Under the pieces are notes generated by a model that saw only the letters and a program-made list of their open reading frames with translations, was not told the origin of the DNA and did not search any database. A DNA stretch of 25,066 nucleotides from Caedibacter taeniospiralis (GTDB lineage Bacteria; Pseudomonadota; Gammaproteobacteria; Francisellales; Francisellaceae): contig NZ_PGGB02000004.1 in NCBI RefSeq assembly GCF_002803295.2, positions 56,728 through 81,793 on the forward strand, written 5' to 3'. Below, one piece after another: positions 7,033 to 16,847 of this stretch. Both the position numbers and the translations under genes were made by a program. Positions within the stretch are counted from its first letter, which is position 1; each line of letters opens with the position of its first letter.

Positions 7033-8223
7033 ATGGCTACTTTCGATCGTCATTTTTACCACATTTTACTGCTAATCATCCTATTAACCGCAGCAGGACA
7101 GATGACCAACACCATTTACGTACCTGCCCTAACCCAGATGGCACATGAATTTTCTGTTAGTGTCGGTCGAATGCAGGCGGCCATTGCGTGTTATCTATTT
7201 CCTTATGGACTTTTACAGTTTGTTTATGGACCCTACTCTGACCGTTTCGGGCGTAAACCCCTGATTCTGATTGGGATAGCTTTTTTTACGCTAGGATCAG
7301 GCTTAGCAATTTTTGCCACACACTTTGCCACGCTTTTGTGCGCAAGTTTTTTGCAAGGAAGCGGAATAGCGGTGGCAGGGGTCATGGTAAGGACGGTAAT
7401 GCGTGATTTATATTCAGGAATGAAACTGCATAGTGCCAATAGTATCATGTCGATTGCCCTTATCTTTGCCCCGCTGATTGCCCCACTTTTGGGCGGTATT
7501 TTCACCGATTTACACAGCTGGCGCGCTATTTTTGTTTTCCTGAGCCTTTATGGTATTGCTTTACTGACTATTCAGTGGCTATTTCTCCCTGAAACCAACA
7601 AGCAAAAATCAGCCAAGGGTAACTTACTTGCCAAATATAAAGCCGTATTAGGTAACAGTAATTTTATAATCAATTTGATTTTACTGATCGTTGCTAATGG
7701 AGGAGTCGCCGTTTTTGAAGTAAGCTCTGGTGCACTTTTTACCTCGGTACTTGCGCTTTCTCCAGCCATTGCAAGCATCTTGTTTATCATTCCCTTACCT
7801 TTTTATATGTTGGGAAGTTTTTTATCCGCACGTCTTGCGCGTTTTTATAGTCTGGATCGTCTACTTCTTATTGGGTGCTTTACGCTACTAGTCAGTGGTT
7901 TAGCCATGAGCTTATCCTATTATGTTATTGGCGTCACAAGCCCTGGCATTATTCTGCCAGGCTCGGTTTATTTTCTGGGTTGCGGGATTATCTTTCCAAC
8001 AGCTACTACCAAAGCACTGGAGGAGTTTCCAATGATCGCAGGAACTGCGGGCTCAGTTTTAGGGGGAGCACAAAACTTAGGAGCAGGTCTATTAACAGCG
8101 CTTGCCGCATTTATTCCCTTAAGAAGTCAGCTGCCACTGTCGATTATCCTATCCACTCTTGCCGTATGCGCCCTGGTTAGCATTATCATGAGTCAACGCA
8201 CGAGAATTATTAAAATATTCTAG
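7033..8223 (+). CDS. MFS drug-resistance transporter, Bcr/CflA subfamily
   Basis: 396-aa polytopic ORF. MFS motif A GPYSDRFGRKP lies after TM2. Size and N-terminal pattern fit the Bcr/CflA family. Confidence 0.8.
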   Translation: MATFDRHFYHILLLIILLTAAGQMTNTIYVPALTQMAHEFSVSVGRMQAAIACYLFPYGLLQFVYGPYSDRFGRKPLILIGIAFFTLGSGLAIFATHFATLLCASFLQGSGIAVAGVMVRTVMRDLYSGMKLHSANSIMSIALIFAPLIAPLLGGIFTDLHSWRAIFVFLSLYGIALLTIQWLFLPETNKQKSAKGNLLAKYKAVLGNSNFIINLILLIVANGGVAVFEVSSGALFTSVLALSPAIASILFIIPLPFYMLGSFLSARLARFYSLDRLLLIGCFTLLVSGLAMSLSYYVIGVTSPGIILPGSVYFLGCGIIFPTATTKALEEFPMIAGTAGSVLGGAQNLGAGLLTALAAFIPLRSQLPLSIILSTLAVCALVSIIMSQRTRIIKIF

Positions 8224-8834
8224 AAATTCATCAACATCTTTTGCAGTTCATTCACGGGAACTTGCTGAGTTTCTTTGTGCATTTTACCATCCTTGCCTAG
8301 CCATTCTTTTGTTACCATAGCTGTTTTACCATCCTTATTGGTTTGAATGCTTACAGCATTAAACGAGCGCTGTACAGTATTGGCATCAGTAGCATTAACT
8401 GGTTTTTGGGTGGTAGGCGTGGATACTTGAGCAGCAGGCTGTGCTGCTACGGCATTCATTTGTTGTTGCAGTTGCTGCATCTCGGACTGAATACGCTGTG
8501 CAGTTTGCTGATATTTTTGTTCAAACGCTTGACGCTGTGCATCTAATTGCTGCTGCTGGAGAGCCAATGCGTTGACTGCCTGCTGATATTTTTCCTGAGC
8601 TTGAGATTGCTTAATTTGTGCGGTATTAACCCAACCAACTTGTCCTGTGGCAGTATCGGCTACCTTAATCCAGCCACCTTGTTGATAAAACTGAATATAT
8701 TGATTCTGGTTTTGGTCAGTCAGTTGTGAGACGACTTGTGAATTTGCATCAGGTTGATTATAAACCTGATATGTGGCGGCAAAAGCACTGGTTGAAGCTG
8801 CTGCCAAACCTAAAGCTAAGAGTAGTTTCTTCAT
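8220..8834 (-). CDS. Secreted SH3b-domain protein with a Gln-rich coiled-coil region
   Basis: 204-aa ORF with GAGGAA SD. Signal peptide MKKLLLALGLAAASTSAFA. Bacterial SH3-like segment YQVYNQPDANSQVV...GGWIKVADTATGQVGWVN. It is followed by a Q/A-rich heptad-like stretch (QQQQLDAQRQAFEQKYQQTAQRIQSEMQQLQQQ). Confidence 0.65.
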   Translation of the reverse strand: MKKLLLALGLAAASTSAFAATYQVYNQPDANSQVVSQLTDQNQNQYIQFYQQGGWIKVADTATGQVGWVNTAQIKQSQAQEKYQQAVNALALQQQQLDAQRQAFEQKYQQTAQRIQSEMQQLQQQMNAVAAQPAAQVSTPTTQKPVNATDANTVQRSFNAVSIQTNKDGKTAMVTKEWLGKDGKMHKETQQVPVNELQKMLMNF

Positions 8835-8858
8835 ATTGATTCCTCACGTTATGTTGAT

Positions 8859-8883
8859 TAAAAATAACTGATCACAAGATCAG
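8859..8883 (-). terminator. Weak candidate intrinsic terminator downstream of the yajR-like gene
   Basis: On the minus strand, CTGATC-TTGT-GATCAG (8868-8883) is followed by TTATTTTTA. The stem is short and low in GC. Confidence 0.3.
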
Positions 8884-8959
8884 TAGCGGCTAAAAACACA
8901 ACCAAACTAAAAGAATAAACTTAACATAAACTTAAGGAATTCAGCACTTTTGATAAAGT

Positions 8960-10315
8960 TTATAGCAGGTATGCCTTTAGCTTTTCCTCATCAAAATGCT
9001 TCTTATCCACCTTAAGATACGCCACACATTCATCCAGGCAAACCATTGCTTCTTCAACGCCTGGGATAGTCAGGAGCTTTTGTTGCAGTGCTTTCGCGTC
9101 TGTGCACGCACCAAGCTTATCCAAACCATACAGCCTGGTGCTTAACTGCTTTGGCTGTTGCATCGTTGCAGCGATTGCCACCCAGATGACACCTAAGACA
9201 CCATTAAAAACAAATACCCCTTTGACACCAAACTGATGCAATATCATGCCTCCCAATGCCCCACCAAAAAAAATACCTAAAAACTGCGCACTTGAGTAAA
9301 TACCCATAGCAGTCCCCTTACTGGCGATCGGTGATATTTTTGAGATAAGTGAAGGTAATGCCGCTTCTAAGAAGGTGAAACTTGCAAAATAGAAAATGAG
9401 CAAAATACTCATGACGATGATATGCTGATCAAACTCAAATAACAAAAACTGCATTGTGGTTACTACAACAATGGCACCGACAAAAATTGGCTTCATTAAA
9501 TTTTTAGTTTCAGCAAGGATAATAAACGGCACCATCAGTAAGAAGGAAATAAGCAATACTGGCAAATAAACCATCCACTGCTCAGCACTCTCAATGCCGA
9601 TATAATCAATTAAAATGAGGGGAACAACGATAAACAAAGCCGTAAGCATTGCATGTAAACTAAAAATGCCGTAGTTTAAACGCAGGAGCTCAGGCTTACA
9701 CAGCACACTTTTTATTTGCCTGGGTGTTGTTTCACTGCCGCGATGAAAAATAATTTTGGTTGGTGTGGGCACACCATAAACCAGAATAACGATACCGATT
9801 AAACCTAAAACAGCTGTTAGCCAAAATATTCCTGATAAACCCACTAAAGCGTTTAAAACGGGGCTTAAAACCATCGCCCCAATAAATGATAATCCAATGG
9901 TCATGCCGATAACAGACATCGCTTTCATACGATTCTCTTCCTTAGTAGTATCAGCAATAAGCGCCGTTAGCGTACTGCCTATTGCTCCTGCTCCTTGCAG
10001 CGCGCGTCCAATAATAATGCCATAAATTGTGTGCGACATGGCTGCGATGATACTGCCGATGATAAAAATAACCAAGCCAAATACAATGACTGATTTGCGA
10101 CCATACTTATCCGACAAGACACCAAGAACAATCTGTAGCAATGCTTGCGTTAGCCCATAAACTCCCAAGGCCATTCCAACAAGAGTTGGGGTTGCATCGA
10201 TAATTTTATCCGCATAAAGACTAAAAATGGGCAAAATAATGAACAGTCCAAGCATCCTAAACGCATATATGGCGGCGATGCTTAGCGTCGATTTTCTTTC
10301 TGATTGTAATAACAT
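8960..10315 (-). CDS. yajR: MFS transporter of the YajR type, with a C-terminal ferredoxin-like (YAM-like) domain
   Basis: The tracked ORF extends to 10453 but overlaps pitA. The ATG at 10315 (MLLQSERKSTLSIAAIYAFRMLGLF...) starts 8 nt after the pitA stop. It aligns by eye along the remembered E. coli YajR: FSLRMLGMF-like N-terminus, GxLSDKYGRK motif A, GRALQGAGAI, LEAALPSLISK, SKGTAMGIYSSAQFLG. It also has a ~65-aa soluble tail, LLTIPGVEEAMVCLDECVAYLKVDKK. Confidence 0.75.
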   Translation of the reverse strand: MLLQSERKSTLSIAAIYAFRMLGLFIILPIFSLYADKIIDATPTLVGMALGVYGLTQALLQIVLGVLSDKYGRKSVIVFGLVIFIIGSIIAAMSHTIYGIIIGRALQGAGAIGSTLTALIADTTKEENRMKAMSVIGMTIGLSFIGAMVLSPVLNALVGLSGIFWLTAVLGLIGIVILVYGVPTPTKIIFHRGSETTPRQIKSVLCKPELLRLNYGIFSLHAMLTALFIVVPLILIDYIGIESAEQWMVYLPVLLISFLLMVPFIILAETKNLMKPIFVGAIVVVTTMQFLLFEFDQHIIVMSILLIFYFASFTFLEAALPSLISKISPIASKGTAMGIYSSAQFLGIFFGGALGGMILHQFGVKGVFVFNGVLGVIWVAIAATMQQPKQLSTRLYGLDKLGACTDAKALQQKLLTIPGVEEAMVCLDECVAYLKVDKKHFDEEKLKAYLL

Positions 10316-10323
10316 GCGTAAAC

Positions 10324-11337
10324 CTAGACGTTGATAGCTAACCCTAAATCGCCAAACAGTATAAATAATAATTTGTAGATAATAAAACTCATGAGCATGC
10401 AACAAGGCAGAGTTAATAACCATGCGGTTGCCATGGTTCGTACTACTCGCCAATTGACCCCACCACTTTCTGGGTATCCTGCCCCCATAATGGAGCCAGA
10501 GGCTGCCTGCGTAGTACTCACAGGCAGTCCCAAATGAGAAGCACCAAGGATAAGTAACCCTGAGCTCATCTCAGCAGCAAATCCGTTCGCAGGTCCAATT
10601 TTGGCGACACGAGTCGTTAAAGTTTTAATAATCCGCATACCTCCTGTTAGCGTCCCTAGTGCCATGGTAAGCGCACACAGCGCAATCACCCAGGTTGGGA
10701 TATATGTTACTGTGGATACCATTCCAAAACTAAACAAAGCAAGGGTTATAATCGACATGGTCTTTTGGGCATCATTTGAACCATGACTAAGCGCCAATAA
10801 GCTGCTTGAGATAACCTGAAGCTCACGAATCTGCGCATTTGATTTGCGCGGTGTTTTTCTTTTACTTAAAACTCTAAACACGATAACCACCAGAATAAGT
10901 GCCACAAAAAATGCCATGATGGGGGATAGTATCATCGGAATAATAATTTTCCAAACCAGAACTCCATAATGGACGGTTCCAAAGTTACTTGCAGCAACCG
11001 CAGCGCCTACAAGCGAACCAATCAGTGCATGCGAAGAGCTTGATGGGATGCCAAAATACCATGTAAGCAAGTTCCAGGTAATTGCTGCAAATAAGCCAGC
11101 AATTAACACTAAATGGGTAATAACATTGGCATCAACTAAGCCCTTACTAATCGTTGTCGCAACAGCCGTACCGATAAAAGCACCCACAAAATTAAAAACT
11201 GCTGCAAGAATAATTGCCTGATAAGGTGAGAGTGATCTTGAGGCAATTGGGGTTGCCACGACATTGGCAACATCGTGAAAACCATTGATAAATTCAAAAA
11301 ATAAGGCGATAAGGATAATACTAATAAGAACTGCCAT
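10324..11337 (-). CDS. pitA: Inorganic phosphate transporter, PiT (PHO4) family
   Basis: 337-aa polytopic ORF with the N-terminal FINGFHDVANVVAT signature and the repeated GSNDAQK signature of PiT transporters. Confidence 0.88.
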   Translation of the reverse strand: MAVLISIILIALFFEFINGFHDVANVVATPIASRSLSPYQAIILAAVFNFVGAFIGTAVATTISKGLVDANVITHLVLIAGLFAAITWNLLTWYFGIPSSSSHALIGSLVGAAVAASNFGTVHYGVLVWKIIIPMILSPIMAFFVALILVVIVFRVLSKRKTPRKSNAQIRELQVISSSLLALSHGSNDAQKTMSIITLALFSFGMVSTVTYIPTWVIALCALTMALGTLTGGMRIIKTLTTRVAKIGPANGFAAEMSSGLLILGASHLGLPVSTTQAASGSIMGAGYPESGGVNWRVVRTMATAWLLTLPCCMLMSFIIYKLLFILFGDLGLAINV

Positions 11338-11342
11338 TGTAA

Positions 11343-11990
11343 TTAGATTTCCTTAACATAAATGCGCATGACCGAATCACACAGTGTGGCACTTGTCTCA
11401 ACTGCTGATTCAACCGCTTTAAATACTTCCTTAAGTTTAATCGTGGTCAGGGTGTCATAGTCTGCTTTTTTAATCAGATCAATGGCATCACCTAAGTCTT
11501 CAACCACGTTTTCATCGAGCTCAGTTGCACGCTGTGAAGCAAGTTTAAGTTTTTGACCATCTTTGTTTTTAAAAGCAATTAACAGCTCGCACAGCGATTT
11601 GGTCATTTCCTGCAGTGTTACAACACTGCGAATCAAACAATCATCAACTTTGCTGTCAATGGCATAAATCTGCATTTTTTTATTAATTTTGATAATGCGC
11701 TTGGTAAGCTTTAACATAATCCCTGAAAGATGAAAAATATCACCGCGATCAATAGGAGTGATGAACTGCTCATTGAGTTCAATAATAATCCTTTTATTGA
11801 TCTCTACGGCATTTTGGCGCTGTTGACGAAGCTTAAGCATAAGCTCTGACGCCTGACAGGCATTTTCCTCATTAACGATATCCACAAGAAACGACGCCGA
11901 TAGGTGAACATTTTCAGCAGCCTCAACAAACAGATCAAAAAAAATGTCTCCTCGGCTTGGGATAAGTGATTTAATAATTTTTCGCAACAT
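11343..11990 (-). CDS. DUF47 / PhoU-like phosphate-transport accessory protein (TIGR00153-type)
   Basis: 215-aa helical ORF ending 5 nt before pitA, the usual DUF47-PiT pairing. No clear SD at the ATG. Confidence 0.7.
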   Translation of the reverse strand: MLRKIIKSLIPSRGDIFFDLFVEAAENVHLSASFLVDIVNEENACQASELMLKLRQQRQNAVEINKRIIIELNEQFITPIDRGDIFHLSGIMLKLTKRIIKINKKMQIYAIDSKVDDCLIRSVVTLQEMTKSLCELLIAFKNKDGQKLKLASQRATELDENVVEDLGDAIDLIKKADYDTLTTIKLKEVFKAVESAVETSATLCDSVMRIYVKEI

Positions 11991-12040
11991 ACGCGGATTT
12001 TCTATAAACCTTCAAGGTATCGCCATGATAATTGGATTAA

Positions 12041-12074
12041 GGCAAAACACAACCTTAAACTTTAATTTTTAAGG
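12041..12074 (-). terminator. Weak candidate terminator after ampD
   Basis: CCTTAAA (12053-12059) pairs with TTTAAGG (12068-12074) around an 8-nt loop. On the minus strand it is followed by TTGTGTTTTG. The stem is AT-rich. Confidence 0.3.
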
Positions 12075-12084
12075 AAGAAAACAC

Positions 12085-12636
12085 TCACTTTACACTTGCT
12101 AAAAATCGCTGCCAGTCGAACCCCACACCAGGGTCCGTTTTCCTTTGAGGAGCAATCTCTGAATGTCCTGTTATATTATTTTCAATATCTGGATATTTCC
12201 GCCTGATTGCGTCGGTCAGTCGAGACAGGCTTTGATATTGCGCATCCTTGAAGTGCGTTTTATCCGTGCCTTGAAGCTCAATCCCAATCGAAAAATCATT
12301 ACAGTTTTCTCGCCCTTTGTAACAGCTTATACCCGCATGCCAGGCACGCTTTTCTGTGGAAACAAACTGGATAATGTCACCTGCTCTTTTAATATAAAAA
12401 TGGCTGGACACGGTCAGATTTTCTAACCCCACAAAACGCTTATCAAGCGTTATATCAAGTTTATTTAAAAACAGCTCTTCCACATGGGTATTATCGTACT
12501 CCCCTTCAGCTAAGGAAATACAATGAATGACCAGCAAATTCACCTCAGTGTTTTGTGGACGTTCATTATAATTAGGTGATGGCATCGACTGAACACCACT
12601 TAGCCAACCATCACTATTTAGCTGCAACTTATTCAT
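12085..12636 (-). CDS. ampD: 1,6-anhydro-N-acetylmuramyl-L-alanine amidase AmpD
   Basis: 183-aa ORF. GWLSGVQSMPSPNYNERP, LLVIHCISL, AWHAGIS and FSIGIELQG match AmpD/amidase_2 signatures. It starts 9 nt after the dnaJ stop. Confidence 0.88.
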   Translation of the reverse strand: MNKLQLNSDGWLSGVQSMPSPNYNERPQNTEVNLLVIHCISLAEGEYDNTHVEELFLNKLDITLDKRFVGLENLTVSSHFYIKRAGDIIQFVSTEKRAWHAGISCYKGRENCNDFSIGIELQGTDKTHFKDAQYQSLSRLTDAIRRKYPDIENNITGHSEIAPQRKTDPGVGFDWQRFLASVK

Positions 12637-12645
12637 CCTCTTTCA

Positions 12646-13797
12646 TCAGCTTCCTGCAAAAAACTCCTTTACATTATCAAACCACGATTTAGATCTTGGT
12701 GAATGCGTGTGGTGTTCTCCTATTGAATTACCAAAAGCCTCCAGTAACTCGCGCTGCTTGCTGTTTAGATTCACAGGAGTTTCAATGGTAACTTTACACA
12801 TCAAATCTCCCATGCTATTGCCTCTTAAAGACTTAACTCCCTTCCCTCTTAGCCTGAACATTTTACCAGTTTGTGTTTCAGCGGGAATTTTAAGTTTAAC
12901 CTTTCCATCAATCGTTGGGACATCAAGTTCCCCTCCTAAACATGCCGCCATAAAACTAATAGGTACTTCACAATACAAATCAGAACCATTGCGTTCAAAA
13001 ATAGCATGCTCCTTCACTCGTATTTGTACATACAGATCCCCTGCTGGCGCCCCATGTTCTCCTGCTTCGCCTTCGGCGGACAGCCTGATTCTATCTCCAT
13101 TATCAACACCTGCTGGAATCTTCACTGACAAAGACTTAATCTCTTGTCTTCTGCCTTGACCATGACAAGTACGACAAGGATCTTTAATCGTAGCACCTGC
13201 GCCATGACAGCTTGGGCAAGTCTGCTGTACTGAAAAAAATCCTTGCGACATACGCACGGCACCCGCTCCATGACAGGTGTTACAGGTTTGCCTGCCTGAA
13301 CCACCTGAGCCATGACAGCTGTCGCATGCAACATAAGTTGGCACTTTGATTTTCTTCGTTGTGCCATGCACGGCTTCCTCAAGCGTGATCTCAAGATTAT
13401 ATTGAAGGTCATTACCTCTTCTATTGTGAGCACGCGATGAATGCCCAGATCTCTGCCCTCCTCCAAAAATATCACCAAAAATATCACCAAAAATATCACC
13501 AAAGCCATGGGTCCCACTAAAGCCACCATGCCCGCCTTGATTAACCCCCGCGTGACCAAACTGATCATATGCTGCGCGTTTTTGCGGGTCACTTAAGACT
13601 TCATAAGCTTCTGATGCTTCTTTGAACTTGGCCTCTGCATCTTTATCCTCTGGATTCCTATCAGGATGATATTTCATCGCAAGTTTTCGATAAGAACGCT
13701 TTAACTCCTGTTCCGTGGCACTCTTCGACACCCCTAATATTTCGTAATAATCTCTTGGCATATTGCTACCATTATTTTGCGTAGGGGCGTATTGCAT
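12646..13797 (-). CDS. dnaJ: Molecular chaperone DnaJ
   Basis: J domain (DYYEILGV...KYHPDRNP), G/F region, and four CxxCxGxG zinc-finger repeats ([32 protein letters not shown]). The ATG at 13797 has AAGG 5 nt upstream. The ATG at 13761 (MPRDYYE) would give the more canonical N-terminus. Confidence 0.93.
   Translation of the reverse strand: MQYAPTQNNGSNMPRDYYEILGVSKSATEQELKRSYRKLAMKYHPDRNPEDKDAEAKFKEASEAYEVLSDPQKRAAYDQFGHAGVNQGGHGGFSGTHGFGDIFGDIFGDIFGGGQRSGHSSRAHNRRGNDLQYNLEITLEEAVHGTTKKIKVPTYVACDSCHGSGGSGRQTCNTCHGAGAVRMSQGFFSVQQTCPSCHGAGATIKDPCRTCHGQGRRQEIKSLSVKIPAGVDNGDRIRLSAEGEAGEHGAPAGDLYVQIRVKEHAIFERNGSDLYCEVPISFMAACLGGELDVPTIDGKVKLKIPAETQTGKMFRLRGKGVKSLRGNSMGDLMCKVTIETPVNLNSKQRELLEAFGNSIGEHHTHSPRSKSWFDNVKEFFAGS
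13465..13503. repeat. Perfect 12-nt tandem repeat (3.25 copies) inside the dnaJ G/F region
   Basis: AAAAATATCACC at 13465-13476, 13477-13488 and 13489-13500, followed by AAA. On the coding strand this encodes [13 protein letters not shown]. Confidence 0.9.
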
Positions 13798-13873
13798 ACG
13801 TCCCTTTGTTTAGTCAAATAAAAGCTGATCATAGCTTTTTCAAGGCTACTTATCGTCTAATCATTTCAATCGG

Positions 13874-15814
13874 TTATTTTTTATCATCATCTTTTACTTC
13901 TTCAAACTCAGCGTCGACAACATTGTCATTGCCTTTTTGTTGCTTTGAATCCTGATGAGCGGCACCATCCTTCGCATCGCCTTTATCCTGCGCTTTTTCA
14001 TATGCCTTTTGAGCAATTGGCGCAAACGCTTCTTCAAGCGCTTTTGTTTTGGCTTCGATATCTTCTTTACGATCTGTTTTTAAGGCAGCCTCCAAGTCAT
14101 TGCAGGCAGATTCCACTTTTGATTTTTCAGCTTCAGTGACCTTGCTTTCTAAGTCTTTGAGTGACTTGCGTGCACTATGCAATAGATTATCTCCCGCGTT
14201 GCGCACATTCACTAACTCATGAAATTTCTTATCAGATTCTGCATTCGCCTCAGCATCTTTAACCATGTTATTAATATCATTTTCAGACAAACCACTGGAT
14301 GCTTTGATCACAATATTTTGCTCTTTACCAGTCGCTTTATCTTTAGCGGATACGTTTAAAATACCATTGGCATCAATATCAAAAGTCACCTCAATCTGCG
14401 GCATACCACGCGAAGCTGGCGGAATATCTGACAAATCAAATCGACCTAGAGACTTATTTGCCGAAGCCATGTCACGCTCACCTTGCAATACATGAATGGT
14501 TACCGCTGGCTGATTGTCTTCTGCTGTTGAAAAAATCTGAGATTTTTTCGTTGGAATAGTCGTATTACGCTCAATAAGTTTGGTCATTACCCCACCCATT
14601 GTCTCAATTCCTAATGAAAGAGGAGTCACATCCAATAACAGGACATCTTTGACATCACCTGCTAATACACCACCCTGAATAGCAGCACCAACCGCAACCG
14701 CCTCATCAGGATTCACATCGCGACGTGGTTCTTTACCAAAGAAGCTTTTCACCTCTTCTTGCACTCTAGGCATACGCGTTTGACCGCCGACCAATAACAC
14801 ATCGGTAATCTGAGAAATTTTTAACCCCGCATCCTGCAATGCTTTTTTACAGGGCTCAATGGAGCGCTTGATCAAGTCTTCCACAAGAGCCTCAAACTTT
14901 GCACGCGTTACTTTGATGTTAAGGTGTTTGGGTCCCGTGTTATCCGCAGTGATATAGGGCAAGTTCACATCAGTCTGTTGTGCTGAAGACAGTTCAATTT
15001 TTGCCTTCTCAGCCGCTTCACGCAGGCGCTGGAGTGCCAGTGTGTCGTTGTGCAGATCAATACCACTTTCTTTTTTGAACTCACCAATCAAGTAGTTCAT
15101 TAACGCCACGTCAAAATCTTCACCTCCAAGGAAAGTATCACCATTGGTTGCTAATACTTCGATTTGGCTGTCACCATCCACGTTGGCAATCTCAATAATG
15201 GACACATCAAACGTACCACCACCTAAGTCATAAACCGCAATCGTCTGATCGGCTTTCTGCTTATCCATACCATAGGCAAGAGCAGCTGCCGTTGGCTCGT
15301 TGATAATACGCTTAACATCAAGACCTGCAATGCGTCCAGCGTCTTTGGTTGCCTGACGCTGAGCATCATTAAAGTAAGCAGGAACGGTAATGACTGCCTC
15401 AGTAATCGTTTCACCCAAAAAGTCTTCTGCCGTTTTTTTCATTTTGCGCAACACTTCTGCCGATACCTGTGGAGGCGCCATTTTTTTATCTTTCAGCACC
15501 TCAACCCACGCATCACCATTGTCCGCCCTAACTACTTTGTAGGGTACTTTTTTAACGATATCTGTTTGCACGACTTTCTCATCAAACTTGCGTCCAATCA
15601 GGCGTTTGACTGCAAATAATGTATTATGTGGATTGGTAACGGCCTGACGCTTTGCTGCCTGCCCAACCAGAATTTCTCCCCCTTCTGTGTACGCCACGAT
15701 TGAAGGAGTTGTGCGCGCACCTTCTGCGTTTTCAATAACGCGCGCATTTTTACCATCCATTACTGCAACACAAGAATTTGTTGTCCCTAAATCTATACCA
15801 ATTATTTTACCCAT
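13874..15814 (-). CDS. dnaK: Molecular chaperone DnaK (Hsp70)
   Basis: 646-aa ORF. Hsp70 signatures: [30 protein letters not shown]. Acidic C-terminus [22 protein letters not shown] is present. Confidence 0.97.
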   Translation of the reverse strand: MGKIIGIDLGTTNSCVAVMDGKNARVIENAEGARTTPSIVAYTEGGEILVGQAAKRQAVTNPHNTLFAVKRLIGRKFDEKVVQTDIVKKVPYKVVRADNGDAWVEVLKDKKMAPPQVSAEVLRKMKKTAEDFLGETITEAVITVPAYFNDAQRQATKDAGRIAGLDVKRIINEPTAAALAYGMDKQKADQTIAVYDLGGGTFDVSIIEIANVDGDSQIEVLATNGDTFLGGEDFDVALMNYLIGEFKKESGIDLHNDTLALQRLREAAEKAKIELSSAQQTDVNLPYITADNTGPKHLNIKVTRAKFEALVEDLIKRSIEPCKKALQDAGLKISQITDVLLVGGQTRMPRVQEEVKSFFGKEPRRDVNPDEAVAVGAAIQGGVLAGDVKDVLLLDVTPLSLGIETMGGVMTKLIERNTTIPTKKSQIFSTAEDNQPAVTIHVLQGERDMASANKSLGRFDLSDIPPASRGMPQIEVTFDIDANGILNVSAKDKATGKEQNIVIKASSGLSENDINNMVKDAEANAESDKKFHELVNVRNAGDNLLHSARKSLKDLESKVTEAEKSKVESACNDLEAALKTDRKEDIEAKTKALEEAFAPIAQKAYEKAQDKGDAKDGAAHQDSKQQKGNDNVVDAEFEEVKDDDKK

Positions 15815-15845
15815 TATGATCTCCTCTTAATTTCAACGCCTCGAA

Positions 15846-15873
15846 ATATGTCGACGCATTTTTATTTTTCAAG
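15846..15873 (-). promoter_or_regulatory. Sigma32-type heat-shock promoter candidate for dnaK
   Basis: The minus strand reads CTTGAAA, 13 nt, then CGACATAT, against the consensus CTTGAAA-N13-17-CCCCATNT. It lies about 30 nt upstream of the dnaK ATG. Confidence 0.45.
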
Positions 15874-15998
15874 TTTTTCTTGTCTTAAGTTTTGTACCTT
15901 GTAAATTTCCAGCATTGCACTTGACGATTTTTACCCCCAAATACACATCCAACACGCTCCACATTTAAATGAAAACAGATGGAAAATCAGCTGAAATT

Positions 15999-16595
15999 CT
16001 AGTTTTTTACTACTAACACGCGCGCGGGTCGAATAACACGACCATTCAACTCATATCCTTTTTGAAAAACACTCATCACCACATTGTTGTGCATATCTGG
16101 ATTGGGCGACATTGCCATCGCTTCGTGCTTGTTCGGATCAAATACTTCACCAGAAGGATCAATTTGCGTAACCCCAAAGCGATCCAACGTATCCACCAAC
16201 ATTCTCATCGTTAATGCCACGCCTTCTGCCATGACTTTTGCTTCTTCTGACTCGGTCGAAACTTCCACTGCTTTTTCCATGCTGTCTAACACAGGTAAAA
16301 GCGCATTGGCAAATCTCTCCAACGCAAATTTATGCGCGCTCTCCACATCTTTTTGCGCACGCCTTCTGATATTCTCCATCTCAGCATGGGCACGCAAAAC
16401 CTTATCATCAGCTGTTGCCACCGTATCCTTCATGTTAGCAATGGTTGTTTTTAAAGCTTCATTTTCTTGATGAAGCTTTATGATTTCATCACTTGTTTGA
16501 CCTGATGGAGACTCAAGCTCGGTAGAGAGATCTTCTTGTGCCAACTCAAAATCTTCTTCGTGCTGCTTTTCGTGTTTTTCATATTTTTTTGACAT
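15999..16595 (-). CDS. grpE: Nucleotide exchange factor GrpE
   Basis: 198-aa ORF with an acidic N-terminus, a coiled coil (LRAHAEMENIRRRAQKD), and a C-terminal FDPNKHEAM...GYELNGRVIRPARV typical of GrpE. Confidence 0.93.
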   Translation of the reverse strand: MSKKYEKHEKQHEEDFELAQEDLSTELESPSGQTSDEIIKLHQENEALKTTIANMKDTVATADDKVLRAHAEMENIRRRAQKDVESAHKFALERFANALLPVLDSMEKAVEVSTESEEAKVMAEGVALTMRMLVDTLDRFGVTQIDPSGEVFDPNKHEAMAMSPNPDMHNNVVMSVFQKGYELNGRVIRPARVLVVKN

Positions 16596-16639
16596 TGGTG
16601 TACCTTGTTTTCTATATATGTTTTTGTAACGGCGTATCA

Positions 16640-16666
16640 GTTGTGGGCGCTTTTGTGCTTTTCAAG
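16640..16666 (-). promoter_or_regulatory. Sigma32-type heat-shock promoter candidate for grpE
   Basis: The minus strand reads CTTGAAA, 12-13 nt, then (C)CCACAAC, about 45 nt upstream of the grpE ATG. The -10 element matches the consensus only partially. Confidence 0.4.
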
Positions 16667-16847
16667 TGATTATTTATGAAAGACTTTAATAATTTTTCGC
16701 TCACCCCGTTTGCCAAGAGGTGATGTCAACATGAGGTTACTCAACGCTGGTATCAGCGTACAAATTATTTACCAAAGCCAAATGAAACTTGATTTAACTC
16801 AATGAAAGAAGTTCAACTTGCTACTAAGATGGCGAGCTATTTCCAGA

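Noticed and set aside
10316-10453. N-terminal extension of the yajR-like ORF (the tracked ORF begins at 10453)
   Set aside because: The extension overlaps the 3' end of pitA by 130 nt. The internal ATG at 10315 gives an N-terminus matching the YajR/MFS architecture and leaves an 8-nt gap to pitA.
13122-13592. 156-aa minus-strand alternative-frame ORF in dnaJ, plus the 150-aa plus-strand ORF at 12707-13159
   Set aside because: Both overlap the dnaJ reading frame, which carries complete J-domain, G/F and zinc-finger motifs. The other antisense or alternative-frame ORFs inside dnaK, grpE, typA, thrB, thrC, pitA and bcr were dismissed for the same reason.
13820-13839. Hairpin AAAAGCT-6nt-AGCTTTT between dnaK and dnaJ as an intrinsic terminator
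   Set aside because: The stem has only a few G:C pairs and is very AT-rich. At best it is a partial attenuator, and the support is too weak to list it as a feature.
15920-15942. Plus-strand CTTGAC...CCCCCAAAT resembling a sigma32 promoter
   Set aside because: The spacer is only 8 nt, and there is no plus-strand gene downstream because it faces the 3' end of grpE.
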